The position numbers were made by a program, and so were the translations under genes. Of a DNA stretch of 64,000 nucleotides, positions 16,066-25,234 are shown piece after piece. The stretch covers positions 26,544-90,543 of the forward strand of contig CAYHDV010000001.1 in NCBI GenBank assembly GCA_964355515.1, given 5' to 3'. The notes under the pieces are model-generated. The model was not told the origin of the DNA. It was given only the letters and a program-made list of their open reading frames with translations, and did not search any database. The first letter of the stretch is position 1, and each line of letters opens with the position of its first letter. Origin of the DNA: an uncultured Candidatus Saccharibacteria bacterium. Its GTDB lineage: Bacteria; Patescibacteriota; Minisyncoccia; Phycocordibacterales; CSBR16-119.

Positions 16066-16980
16066 ATGATCACTACTTACAAACACAAAAAAATAACATG
16101 GGTTAACATCACCGATCCCCAAAGAGATGAGGTGGTGCATCTTATGGAAGAGTATAACCTCCCAGAACTGGCAAGTGAAGAATTACTACAAAAAACAGTC
16201 AGAGGAAAGGTTGATTTCTATGAAAAGCAAAAAATAGTGTATCTCGTACTTCATTTCCCAATCATTTCAAAAACTGGGAAAAAAAATGAAAGCGAGCAAG
16301 AAATAGATTTTATCATTAGCAAAAATGTGATTATCACTTCACATTTTGAAGAGATTGAAGCACTCCAAGAATTTTCGAAGTTATTTGAAGTTAATTCTGT
16401 CTTGGATAAAACTGAGATAGGAGAGCACGCGGGGTTTGTATTTTTCCACATAGCTAGAGAACTTTATAAAGATTCAATGCTCCAACTGCGAAATATTGAT
16501 GATGACCTTCAAGAAATTGAAATAAGTATTTTCGAAGGGCTAGAAGAACAGATGGTTAAAAAAATATCAGACTCAAATAGAAAATTGCTTGATTTCAAAC
16601 AAGCAATAAATGAACACGAGGATATTTTGAAATCATTTGAACACGCCGGGCTTATATTATTTGGAGAAGGATTTACTTATTACCTTTCAGACATTATGGG
16701 AGAATATCGAAAAGTAAGAAGTACTCTTGAAAGTAGAAAAGATATCCTCCGAGACTTGAAAGAAACAAACGACTCACTCCTGGCAAACAAGACAAATGCC
16801 ATCATGAAAGCTCTTACTGTTATGTCGTTTATTATGTTGCCTCTTACTCTTATCACAGGAGTATTTGGGATGAATACAAACATCCATCTTGCTGGAAACG
16901 ATTTTTATATTATTATTGCAGCAATGACAATGACTGGGATCGCTATGTTTGTTTATTTCAAAGGAAGAGGCTGGTTCTAG
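16066..16980 (+). CDS. corA: CorA-family Mg2+/Co2+ transporter
   Basis: 304 aa. C-terminal two TM helices with GMN motif (GVFGMNTN). Confidence 0.8.
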   Translation: MITTYKHKKITWVNITDPQRDEVVHLMEEYNLPELASEELLQKTVRGKVDFYEKQKIVYLVLHFPIISKTGKKNESEQEIDFIISKNVIITSHFEEIEALQEFSKLFEVNSVLDKTEIGEHAGFVFFHIARELYKDSMLQLRNIDDDLQEIEISIFEGLEEQMVKKISDSNRKLLDFKQAINEHEDILKSFEHAGLILFGEGFTYYLSDIMGEYRKVRSTLESRKDILRDLKETNDSLLANKTNAIMKALTVMSFIMLPLTLITGVFGMNTNIHLAGNDFYIIIAAMTMTGIAMFVYFKGRGWF

Positions 16981-17046
16981 GTTCAGAAAGCGGCGCCCTC
17001 CGGGCGCCGCTTTTCATTTCCTCTTCTTTCTAATACAATTAGACCC

Positions 17047-18408
17047 ATGGTTAAGCTACACAATACAAAATCAAAACTTCTGGAAGAATTTAAACCCATA
17101 GTACCTAACGAAGTTTCCATGTATACCTGCGGTCCAACCGTATACAACTACCCGCATATTGGGAATTACAGAAGTTACATATTTTCTGATCTTCTAAAAC
17201 GAGTGCTTTTTTTGAATGGTTTTTCTGTAAACCATGTCATGAATATTACCGATGTTGATGACAAAACTATTCGAGATTCACAGAAAGAAGGAAAAAGTTT
17301 GCGAGACTTTACAGAATTCTATACAGCAGAATTTATGAAAGACTTAGACGCTTTGAATATTATTCCAGCAAATACTTTTCCAAAAGCCACAGACCATATA
17401 CCTGAGATGACAAGTATGATTGGGACTCTGATAGATACAAACCATGCCTACAAAGCACCTGATGGAAGTGTTTATTTTGATATTTCTTCATTTTCTAAAT
17501 ATGGTGAACTGTCTGGAGTAGATTTTGGAGGAGTAAAGCAAACAGAACGAGCAAAGAAAGATGAATACTCAAAAGAAGACGCCCAAGATTTCGCTTTATG
17601 GAAAGCATACGAGTCAGAAGACGGAGATGTGGCTTGGGATACCACACTTGGCAAGGGGCGACCTGGATGGCACATAGAGTGTTCTGCCATGAGCACAAAG
17701 TACCTTGGTAATCACTTCGATATTCATACCGGCGGAGTGGATTTGGTTTTTCCTCACCATGAAAATGAGATTGCTCAATCTGTGTGCGCCCACGGCGGAG
17801 AATTTGTAAACTATTGGCTTCATAATGAGCACCTCATGGTAGATGGAAAAAAGATGTCAAAAAGTGCTGGAAATTTCTATACTCTTCAAGATATAAAAGA
17901 TCGAGGATTTTTACCGTTATCTTTTAGATATTTCCTACTCCAAGCTCACTATCGCACCCAGACGAACTTCACCTGGGAGGCTATGGAAGCTAGCCAGAAT
18001 GCCCTCCGAAAACTTCATCTTTCAACAAGAAATCTAAAACCTGGCTTTTTTGGAAAATTATTTGCAAAAATCGACATAGATTATCTAAAAACATTTTCTG
18101 AAGCAATAAATGATGATTTGGACACACCAAGGGCTTTGGCCACCATGTGGGAAATGATGAAAAGCAAAATAAGTGATGCCTCAAAACTAAAAACGCTTAT
18201 TGAAATGGACAGGTTTCTGGGGCTTGATGTTCAGACTGAATTTGAAATAGCCCAAATACCAAACGAAGTGGTCAGGCTAGCTGATAAAAGAGAGTCTGCA
18301 AGAAGAGAGAAAAATTACAAAGAAGCTGACCGTCTCCGAGAAGAAATAAGGTTAACAGGCTATCAGGTACTCGATACTGATTCAGGTCCAAGAATAGAAA
18401 AAATATAA
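17047..18408 (+). CDS. cysS: Cysteine--tRNA ligase
   Basis: 453 aa. HIGH (YPHIGNYRS), KMSKS, Zn-binding Cys residues. Terminator at 18447-18474. Confidence 0.9.
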   Translation: MVKLHNTKSKLLEEFKPIVPNEVSMYTCGPTVYNYPHIGNYRSYIFSDLLKRVLFLNGFSVNHVMNITDVDDKTIRDSQKEGKSLRDFTEFYTAEFMKDLDALNIIPANTFPKATDHIPEMTSMIGTLIDTNHAYKAPDGSVYFDISSFSKYGELSGVDFGGVKQTERAKKDEYSKEDAQDFALWKAYESEDGDVAWDTTLGKGRPGWHIECSAMSTKYLGNHFDIHTGGVDLVFPHHENEIAQSVCAHGGEFVNYWLHNEHLMVDGKKMSKSAGNFYTLQDIKDRGFLPLSFRYFLLQAHYRTQTNFTWEAMEASQNALRKLHLSTRNLKPGFFGKLFAKIDIDYLKTFSEAINDDLDTPRALATMWEMMKSKISDASKLKTLIEMDRFLGLDVQTEFEIAQIPNEVVRLADKRESARREKNYKEADRLREEIRLTGYQVLDTDSGPRIEKI

Positions 18409-18474
18409 ACATATTTCAACGCTCATAGTCTATATGGAGTAATCAAAAAGCCCGCAGAACAGCGGGCTTTTTTG

Positions 18475-19311
18475 TTAGAGATTGGAACAAGATTCCTGCT
18501 CTATGTCTTCCAGGAACTCCAAGATGGTTGGAGTCATGTCAAAAAAGTTTCTCAACGCTTGGTCGTAAGCCAAGCTATCAAAATCGCCTGACCCGGATAA
18601 CTGAAGCAAAGAAGATCTTTCAATTTCTTCACAAAGCATCAACACTCCTTGATACCGAGTCAAAGCCTCAGTGCCAAAATTCTTTTGATAGAGGTCTGCC
18701 ACCTCTTTTTTGCGAAGGGCTTTGTCGGGTAGTAGACCATTTTGAGATAAACATGTTCTCATCATTGGGTTGCAAGTTTGAGACAGTCTCTGAAGATACT
18801 CTGATATCTCTCGACTGTTGTTTTGCAAATCCCATGAAATGAATGGATAGTCTTTGAATCGACCTTTGTGCTTTGACCCAAAAAATCCACCAAGCGAATC
18901 TTTTGGAGATTTGATAGTAGAGAAATCAAATTTCCCCACAAAAGAGGCAGATTCTGCAGAATACTTAATTTCATGCAAAATCGTACCCCCAAGGTCGTGA
19001 AGACCTCTTTCCAAATGATCTTTTTTGAAGACCAGCATCTCCACTGGAATCGAGAGATTCTTCAAATCTTCCTGAATAAACTCTCTCAGTGATTTCAAGA
19101 AGCAAGATGTTTGTCCTGAATAGACAACAAACAAGTCTATATCACTCAACAATGTATGTTCACTCCTGGAAAATGATCCAAAAAATGAAGCAAATTCCAC
19201 CTGATGGTGATTCTTCAAAAAAGAACCAAACATCATCTTCCCAAAATTAAAATCACTTTCTTTTGGTGGCTTCCCTATTCTAAAATCTGAACCTACTAGA
19301 ATTCTTGTCAT
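18475..19311 (-). CDS. Pol-beta-superfamily nucleotidyltransferase (KNTase/ANT-like) with helical C-terminal domain
   Basis: 278 aa with GSFSRSEHTLLSDIDLFVV NTase motif. Confidence 0.55.
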   Translation of the reverse strand: MTRILVGSDFRIGKPPKESDFNFGKMMFGSFLKNHHQVEFASFFGSFSRSEHTLLSDIDLFVVYSGQTSCFLKSLREFIQEDLKNLSIPVEMLVFKKDHLERGLHDLGGTILHEIKYSAESASFVGKFDFSTIKSPKDSLGGFFGSKHKGRFKDYPFISWDLQNNSREISEYLQRLSQTCNPMMRTCLSQNGLLPDKALRKKEVADLYQKNFGTEALTRYQGVLMLCEEIERSSLLQLSGSGDFDSLAYDQALRNFFDMTPTILEFLEDIEQESCSNL

Positions 19312-19381
19312 GGTGCACTTCTTTTAATTTACCTGAAATTAACATAAAAATATAAAAAGTCAAAGAAATTTCTTTGACTTT

Positions 19382-20263
19382 TTATATACCCATATTTTGT
19401 AATTCTTCAATAAGTTTTTTCTGATCTTTGGAAAGTTTGTCTGGCATGTCTATTAAGACTTGGACAAGCAAATCCCCTGTATTAAACATCCCTCCACGCA
19501 CGCCTTCACCTCGGACTCGAAGCACTGTTCCGTGTTGAATCCCCTCGGGAATTTTTATCTTGGTTGTACCGTCTACTGTTGGCACGCTATGCTTACCACC
19601 CAGAAGTGCTTCTGAAAGTTTGATGCGTAGATCCGTGAATAAATGAGACCCCTCTTTTCGAAGATGTGGGTGTTGCTCCACACTAAACTGCAAATACAAA
19701 TCCCCCGGCTGACCACCCTCGATAGGAGCGCCGTATCCTTGGAGTTTCATTTTTTGTCCATGGTCTATTCCGGCTGGGATTTCTATTTCTATCGTATCTT
19801 TGTCAGCTTGCGATGACTGAGATGGGAGTTTGATCTTTTTCTTTGTTCCTTGGATAGACTCTTTGAAAGTCAGCTTAAGGGTAAGAATAATATTCTGCCC
19901 TCTTCTCTGCCTTCCAAATCCTCCACCAAACATCTCTCCAAAAATATCCCCCAAATCAAACTCTACCCCTCCCTGACCCTGTTGGAATCCAGAAAAGTCA
20001 AACCCACCGAAACCTTGCCCCCCGCCGAAGCCTCCCTGACCTCCACCAAACTGTGGGCCCGCCGAACCAAACCGGTCATACTGTGCTCGCTTTTGGTCGT
20101 CTGAAAGAGTCTGGTAGGCTTCATTCGCTTCTTTGAACTTGGCTTCGTCTCCATCCTTTTTGTCTGGGTGATACTTGTGCGCTTGCTTACGAAATGCTTT
20201 TTTGATTTCGTCTTTTGAAGCGTCTTTTTGTATTCCTAATATTTCGTAATAATTTTTACTCAT
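19382..20263 (-). CDS. DnaJ-family co-chaperone (J domain + G/F region + C-terminal substrate-binding domains, no Zn-finger; CbpA-like)
   Basis: YYEILGI...HKYHPDKK J domain, then a GGFGGGQGFGG-rich segment. Confidence 0.8.
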   Translation of the reverse strand: MSKNYYEILGIQKDASKDEIKKAFRKQAHKYHPDKKDGDEAKFKEANEAYQTLSDDQKRAQYDRFGSAGPQFGGGQGGFGGGQGFGGFDFSGFQQGQGGVEFDLGDIFGEMFGGGFGRQRRGQNIILTLKLTFKESIQGTKKKIKLPSQSSQADKDTIEIEIPAGIDHGQKMKLQGYGAPIEGGQPGDLYLQFSVEQHPHLRKEGSHLFTDLRIKLSEALLGGKHSVPTVDGTTKIKIPEGIQHGTVLRVRGEGVRGGMFNTGDLLVQVLIDMPDKLSKDQKKLIEELQNMGI

Positions 20264-20362
20264 AGTTTTTGCTTGTCCGTCCGTAGCTTTAGCGAAGGTG
20301 GATAGTAGTCTTTTGACATTATTTGATAGTTATGCTATTTTGTAAATAAAAATGTTACAATA

Positions 20363-20632
20363 ATGAACTTTGAACTTATTTTTGGATCTATTACTTTTGT
20401 GAGTTCGTTAGTAATGGCAAGTGTAGGACTACCATCACAAATTTGGAAAAACTATCGAACAAAGACTTCTGGCATAGCTTTGATGTTGATAATCCTCACT
20501 CTTGCGGTATATCTTCCAAGAACAGTATATACTGCCATACGCCAAGATTATTATATACTAATACCAGATTTGGTTGGTCTCGTATGTTCAATTGTAATAC
20601 TTATTCAACATTTTCTTTACAAAAAGCATTAA
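20363..20632 (+). CDS. PQ-loop/SemiSWEET-like small membrane protein
   Basis: 89 aa, three TM segments, with an LPSQIWKNYRTKT segment resembling the PQ-loop motif. Confidence 0.5.
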   Translation: MNFELIFGSITFVSSLVMASVGLPSQIWKNYRTKTSGIALMLIILTLAVYLPRTVYTAIRQDYYILIPDLVGLVCSIVILIQHFLYKKH

Positions 20633-20682
20633 CCTTTGTTGGTGCTTTTTTATTTCCAGTGATAAAAATTTCGTGAGAAATC

Positions 20683-20735
20683 CTGGATTGCCACGTCGCC
20701 AAGCTCCTCGCAAAGACGCTACGTGCGGTGATTAA
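20683..20735. repeat. Short dispersed repeat, copy B, immediately 3' of dnaK
   Basis: Reverse complement matches 12193-12245 (about 90% identity). Confidence 0.7.
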
Positions 20736-20741
20736 GAGCGA

Positions 20742-22646
20742 TTACTTCTCTTCTTCTTTATCCTCACTCACCACCTCAGCCTCCTGAGTAGTATCAGCAG
20801 AACCTGCTTCTGTTCCAGCGCCAGCATTTGACGCTTGTGCTTTCTTTGCTAGGTGCTCATGGATCTTTTGCATTTCAGTACTTAGCTCTTCTGTAGCTTT
20901 TTTAATATCGTCATGATTTGCATCTGGAAGCTCTTTTACTTTCTTTAGAGACTCCACTTTATCTTGAATACCCTTTTTTACATCCTCGGGTGCATCATCT
21001 CCGGCGTCCTTGATGGCTTTTTCTGCTGCGAATACTGTCATGTCCGCAGTGTTACGAATCTCAGCAGCTTCTTTTTTCTTCTTATCTCCTTCTGCATGAA
21101 TCTCAGCGTCCTTCTTCATTTTTTCAATATCAGCATCGGTAAGTCCTGAAGAAGCTTCAATTCTGATTGACTGCTCTTTACCTGAAGTATTGTCCTTGGC
21201 TTTTACATTTAGGATTCCGTTTGCATCCACATCAAATGACACCTCAATCTGAGGAACTCCTCGTGGTGCTGGTGGAATACCATCTAGGACAAATCGTCCT
21301 AGTGATTTATTGTCAGAGGCCATTGGTCGCTCACCCTGTACGATATGAATCTCTGTTGAAGTCTGGTTGTCAGCAGCTGTAGAGAATACTTGTGACTTTG
21401 TAGCTGGGATTGTGGTGTTTCTCTCGATCAGCTTTGTAGCCACTCCTCCTAGAGTCTCAATACCAAGTGATAGAGGGATCACGTCTAGTAGAAGCACGTC
21501 TTTTACATCTCCCTGCAACACTCCTCCCTGCACAGCAGCACCAAGTGCCACCACTTCATCTGGGTTAATAGATTTGTTTGGTTCTTTACCAAATAGATTC
21601 TTCACCGCTTCTATAATAGCTGGCATTCGAGTTTGCCCTCCTACGAGGATCACTTCATTGATATCCGCGATTTTAAATGGAGAAGCCTCTACAGCTCGCT
21701 TTGTAATCTCAATAGACTTCTCAATATATGAGCTTGCTAGTTCTTCGAGTTTTGCTCGAGTAAGCGTCATAACAAGGTGCTTTGGACCATTTGCATCCGA
21801 TGTGACAAATGGGATATTGATTTCTGTTTCTGTTGTAGTGGAGAGTTCATGCTTTGCTTTTTCTGCTGACTCGTCTAGTCTTTGTAGTGCGAGAGCATCC
21901 TTTCGTAAATCAATACCATCTGTGTTTTTGAATTGTTCTGCGATCCAGTTGATGATGGCTTGGTCGATATCTCGTCCTCCCATGTGTGAATCTCCATCAG
22001 TAGACTTCACCTCGATAGTATCTTCTGACACCTCGAGCACAGATACGTCAAATGTTCCTCCTCCGAAGTCAAACACCACCACTGTCTCATCTTTCTTTTT
22101 GTTAAATCCATATGCAAGAGCTGCCGCTGTAGGCTCGTTGATAATTCGCTTTACATCTAGTCCAGCGATTTGTCCGGCGTCTTTTGTGGCTTGTCGTTGT
22201 GCATCATCGAAGTACGCAGGTACGGTGATAACTGCTTCAGTTATGGGGTAACCGAGCTTTGCTTCAGCATCTGCTTTGATCTTTGAGAGAATCATCGCAG
22301 AAACTTCTTCTGGTCGGTAGTTTTTGTCGGCAAGCTTTACCTCCACCCCACCTGTAGACCCCTTTTCGATTCCGTATGATACGATGGCTTTTTCTTTTGC
22401 CACAATTGCATCATCGTACCTATGACCCATGAGCCTTTTCACACCGTAGATGGTATTTGTGGGGTTTGTCACCGCTTGGCGCTTGGCTACAAGTCCAGCA
22501 AGTCTCTCACCTGCTTTGTTTATAGCCACAACAGATGGAGTTGTACGCGCTCCTTCTTTGTTTTCTATAATTACTGGTTGCCCTCCTTCAATAACTGCGA
22601 AGGCAGAGTTTGTTGTTCCTAAATCTATTCCTAGTATTTTTGACAT
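20742..22646 (-). CDS. dnaK: Chaperone DnaK (Hsp70)
   Basis: 634 aa. [18 protein letters not shown], and acidic C-terminal tail. Confidence 0.95.
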   Translation of the reverse strand: MSKILGIDLGTTNSAFAVIEGGQPVIIENKEGARTTPSVVAINKAGERLAGLVAKRQAVTNPTNTIYGVKRLMGHRYDDAIVAKEKAIVSYGIEKGSTGGVEVKLADKNYRPEEVSAMILSKIKADAEAKLGYPITEAVITVPAYFDDAQRQATKDAGQIAGLDVKRIINEPTAAALAYGFNKKKDETVVVFDFGGGTFDVSVLEVSEDTIEVKSTDGDSHMGGRDIDQAIINWIAEQFKNTDGIDLRKDALALQRLDESAEKAKHELSTTTETEINIPFVTSDANGPKHLVMTLTRAKLEELASSYIEKSIEITKRAVEASPFKIADINEVILVGGQTRMPAIIEAVKNLFGKEPNKSINPDEVVALGAAVQGGVLQGDVKDVLLLDVIPLSLGIETLGGVATKLIERNTTIPATKSQVFSTAADNQTSTEIHIVQGERPMASDNKSLGRFVLDGIPPAPRGVPQIEVSFDVDANGILNVKAKDNTSGKEQSIRIEASSGLTDADIEKMKKDAEIHAEGDKKKKEAAEIRNTADMTVFAAEKAIKDAGDDAPEDVKKGIQDKVESLKKVKELPDANHDDIKKATEELSTEMQKIHEHLAKKAQASNAGAGTEAGSADTTQEAEVVSEDKEEEK

Positions 22647-22659
22647 AGTGTTTATTAAA

Positions 22660-22950
22660 TTAATTAGTTTCCTTATAATGCTCTCTTACTTTTTTTATAA
22701 AAATCTCAAGATCATCAATATGAATTTTCATGTCAGAATAATTTCCAGACCCTCCTTTATAGTTCAAACCTTCTCCAAGATTGTACTCGGGTGATAGCCC
22801 CTCTTCTCCATCAAGTAATGAAGCAATATTTTTTGATTGCCTTTTAAGTTCTGAGGTAGCAAAATCAGAAATATTTATGAAACCATCTTTATCAACTTTA
22901 TGTGTGTACTTCTCTTTCAAAGATTCTATTTTTTCAGATCGATTTTCCAT
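22660..22950 (-). CDS. Hypothetical 96-aa protein encoded between grpE and dnaK, apparently co-transcribed
   Basis: ORF fills the grpE-dnaK gap with 24-nt and 13-nt spacers and no terminator. Confidence 0.45.
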   Translation of the reverse strand: MENRSEKIESLKEKYTHKVDKDGFINISDFATSELKRQSKNIASLLDGEEGLSPEYNLGEGLNYKGGSGNYSDMKIHIDDLEIFIKKVREHYKETN

Positions 22951-22974
22951 AGTGTTTATTATTTAAATTAGTAA

Positions 22975-23592
22975 TTAGTTTTTCAATTTATAAACCTCTA
23001 CCTTCGCTGGCCGGATAACTGAACCCTTCATTTCATATCCTCTCTGGATTATCTTTGCGATAGTGTCTTCTTTTGACGAATCATCTGTTTCAATTTGATT
23101 TAGAGCCATATGCTTTTCAGGATCAAATGTATCTCCTTCTTTTGTTGGTAAGTCCTTTATCCCGAAACCTTCGAGTGTGCTTTTGAATTGCTTATAAATA
23201 TGTTCTACGCCAATTCGCCAATTCTGATCCACGCTCTCCCACACTTCTTTATTCATCATTGCCATATCGAAGTTGTCGAGTGTGCCAAGAAATTCTGACG
23301 TGATAGCTTCTTCGAGAATTTCTCGCATGCGAGTACGCCGAGCATCATCTTCTTTTTTGTAATTAGTGAAGTCTGCTCGTTCTCTCTGCCATCCATCCAG
23401 ATACTCTTTTGATTTTTCTTTGAGGTCTTTTATTTCTTGTTTGAGCTGTTTGATCTTATCCTTCGAGAGTCCTTCTGTCTCATCAAACTCAATATCGTCG
23501 GCTTCATCACTTAGAGGCCTGCCTGCCGGACAGGCAGGTTCAACCTCTGAAAAAGATTCTTCAAAATCTTCGTTTGTGTCGTCTTTTGGCAT
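22975..23592 (-). CDS. grpE: Nucleotide exchange factor GrpE, with a GC-rich palindrome inserted in-frame in the N-terminal disordered region
   Basis: 205 aa. Coiled-coil and C-terminal beta domain (...MKGSVIRPAKVEVYK). The insert encodes EPACPAGRPL. Confidence 0.85.
   Translation of the reverse strand: MPKDDTNEDFEESFSEVEPACPAGRPLSDEADDIEFDETEGLSKDKIKQLKQEIKDLKEKSKEYLDGWQRERADFTNYKKEDDARRTRMREILEEAITSEFLGTLDNFDMAMMNKEVWESVDQNWRIGVEHIYKQFKSTLEGFGIKDLPTKEGDTFDPEKHMALNQIETDDSSKEDTIAKIIQRGYEMKGSVIRPAKVEVYKLKN
23514..23550. repeat. Nested palindrome AGAGG-CCTGCCTGCCGGACAGGCAGG-TTCAACCTCT inside grpE
   Basis: The inner GC-rich palindrome matches the truB copy. The outer AGAGGTT-AACCTCT arms recur at 23747-23761 and 47177-47191. 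Confidence 0.7.
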
Positions 23593-23652
23593 AGTTTTTT
23601 AAGCAATTAACTAAACTAATAATCTAAGTTCCTATATTGTATACAAAATAAA

Positions 23653-23700
23653 TTATTTTGACAAGTTTTTAGTGGTCGCTAAATTATTGTCAAAATAAAT
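23653..23700. promoter_or_regulatory. Inverted repeat ATTATTTTGACAA-N21-TTGTCAAAATAAAT overlapping divergent -35 boxes of the grpE operon and the regulator gene; operator candidate
   Basis: 13-bp arms. TTGTCA/TACAAT promoter on the minus strand and TTGTCA/TATATT on the plus strand. It is not a CIRCE or HAIR consensus. Confidence 0.45.
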
Positions 23701-23775
23701 ATAACATGCTATATTGTATTACATCAACTTATCCACAGTTTAATACTTAGAGGTTCAACCTCTAACGCTTATATT

Positions 23776-24342
23776 ATGAAGAAAAAATCATTACAAGACC
23801 AAATCCTAAGGGCTCTAGGTACCAAGAAAACGCTCAAAATGGGTGATTTGCATGATGCTTTGAGCGAGGGAAAGATAGTAGATAAACTAGGGGCTAATGC
23901 AGACCAAAACGACCCCACAAAGGCAAAATATGCCTTAAATCGGTCGCTCAAGACTCTCCGGGACTCTGACCTGGTAGAGCAGTTTGACACTGAGCAATCA
24001 AGATACCTCCGGCTCACAAAAGAAGGTAGACAGAAACTCCGAAATATCAAACTCACCCATCCAAATAGCCTTGTTTCTACTTCTTGGGATGGCTTTTGGC
24101 GAATGATTCTTGTGGATATTCCAGAAGATAGGAAAAGTGAAAGGGAGAGCTTCCGGTATCTTTTGAAAAAGGCGGGATTTCTATGTCTGAAAAATTCAGT
24201 CTGGGTTTCTCCCTACCCTTTGGAGCATATGTTTTTTGAAATAAAAAAAGATCTAGGCTTTGGAACCGAAGTCATGATCTCTGTCTCTAAACTAGATTCT
24301 GAAACAGAGGAAGGATTGTTTAAACAATTTGGGATGAGGTAG
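23776..24342 (+). CDS. Winged-helix transcriptional regulator, PaaX-like C-terminal domain
   Basis: 188 aa. WDGFWRMILVDIPEDRKSERESFRYLLKKAGFLCLKNSVWVSP resembles PaaX_C. Terminator at 24345-24375. Confidence 0.55.
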   Translation: MKKKSLQDQILRALGTKKTLKMGDLHDALSEGKIVDKLGANADQNDPTKAKYALNRSLKTLRDSDLVEQFDTEQSRYLRLTKEGRQKLRNIKLTHPNSLVSTSWDGFWRMILVDIPEDRKSERESFRYLLKKAGFLCLKNSVWVSPYPLEHMFFEIKKDLGFGTEVMISVSKLDSETEEGLFKQFGMR

Positions 24343-24406
24343 AGACAAAAAGCCCCGCGCCTTGGCGCGGGGCTTTTTGATTGTTAAATTAAATGACGAT
24401 ATTTAT

Positions 24407-25111
24407 TTAATTTAGAAGAAATCTCAAAGTAGACACAATTCTAATTTTTTTATATTCTGGTGAGCCGGGGTCTTTTTCTGTTATTTCAAAAGTCCCTTGA
24501 TTTGCCCTGGATATCTTCCCAATACGAGACTTTGAGTCATCAGCAAATTGCTCTGCTGAAACACGAGCACTCTCTATCGCCTCTCCAAGCATCTCTGGTT
24601 TGATACTATTCAAATCAGTGAACTGAAAGTCAACATAGTTACCACTGAAGACAATTCCCTTTTGGATTAGAGGAAGAGTTTTTTGGGTTGCAGTTCGTAC
24701 AGCATCCACCTTGTCGGTATACACAGACATTTGGACATTTGCATTGTACCTAAACAAAGAATCTCGATATGTGTCTTGGTAGATATTCACAGGGGCCATA
24801 TTTATTTCTCCATCTTCAAATCCTTCTAATTTTAGAAATTCGGTAATAGCCTTTGAATTTTTATCAATTGTGGCGTAGAGGTCATTGCTATCGTTTGACT
24901 TCACCTCGAAACTAATAGACCAGATAGCTTTGTCTGACTTTACAATTCGCTCTGATAACCCCTTCACCTCTACATATCTCCCCTGATCAGAAAATCCTCT
25001 CGCAGAGATAAAAAACGCACCCGCTATAATCAAAATACCAGAAGTAAGAATCAAATATTTCACAGTACTGCTTAAATCTTTCATATATATGTTTATAAGT
25101 GCAAAGCACAT
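24407..25111 (-). CDS. Membrane-anchored/secreted protein, possibly SIMPL (DUF541) family
   Basis: 234 aa with N-terminal signal anchor. The beta-rich periplasmic domain pattern gives only a weak family call. Confidence 0.4.
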   Translation of the reverse strand: MCFALINIYMKDLSSTVKYLILTSGILIIAGAFFISARGFSDQGRYVEVKGLSERIVKSDKAIWSISFEVKSNDSNDLYATIDKNSKAITEFLKLEGFEDGEINMAPVNIYQDTYRDSLFRYNANVQMSVYTDKVDAVRTATQKTLPLIQKGIVFSGNYVDFQFTDLNSIKPEMLGEAIESARVSAEQFADDSKSRIGKISRANQGTFEITEKDPGSPEYKKIRIVSTLRFLLN

Positions 25112-25234
25112 TTCTTAATTGATAATTCTATCTTTATGACCTACAAGACCTAAGATATAAGTATACCATTTTTATGGTAATAAAAGTCGTATTAAAAAGC
25201 CCCGCGCAAACGCGCGGGGCTTTAAAGTCTGAAT

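Noticed and set aside
21367-22251. 294-aa Ser/Thr-rich ORF antisense to dnaK, with several shorter ones
   Set aside because: It lies entirely within the well-supported dnaK CDS on the opposite strand. Its low-complexity composition is typical of antisense frames of a conserved gene.
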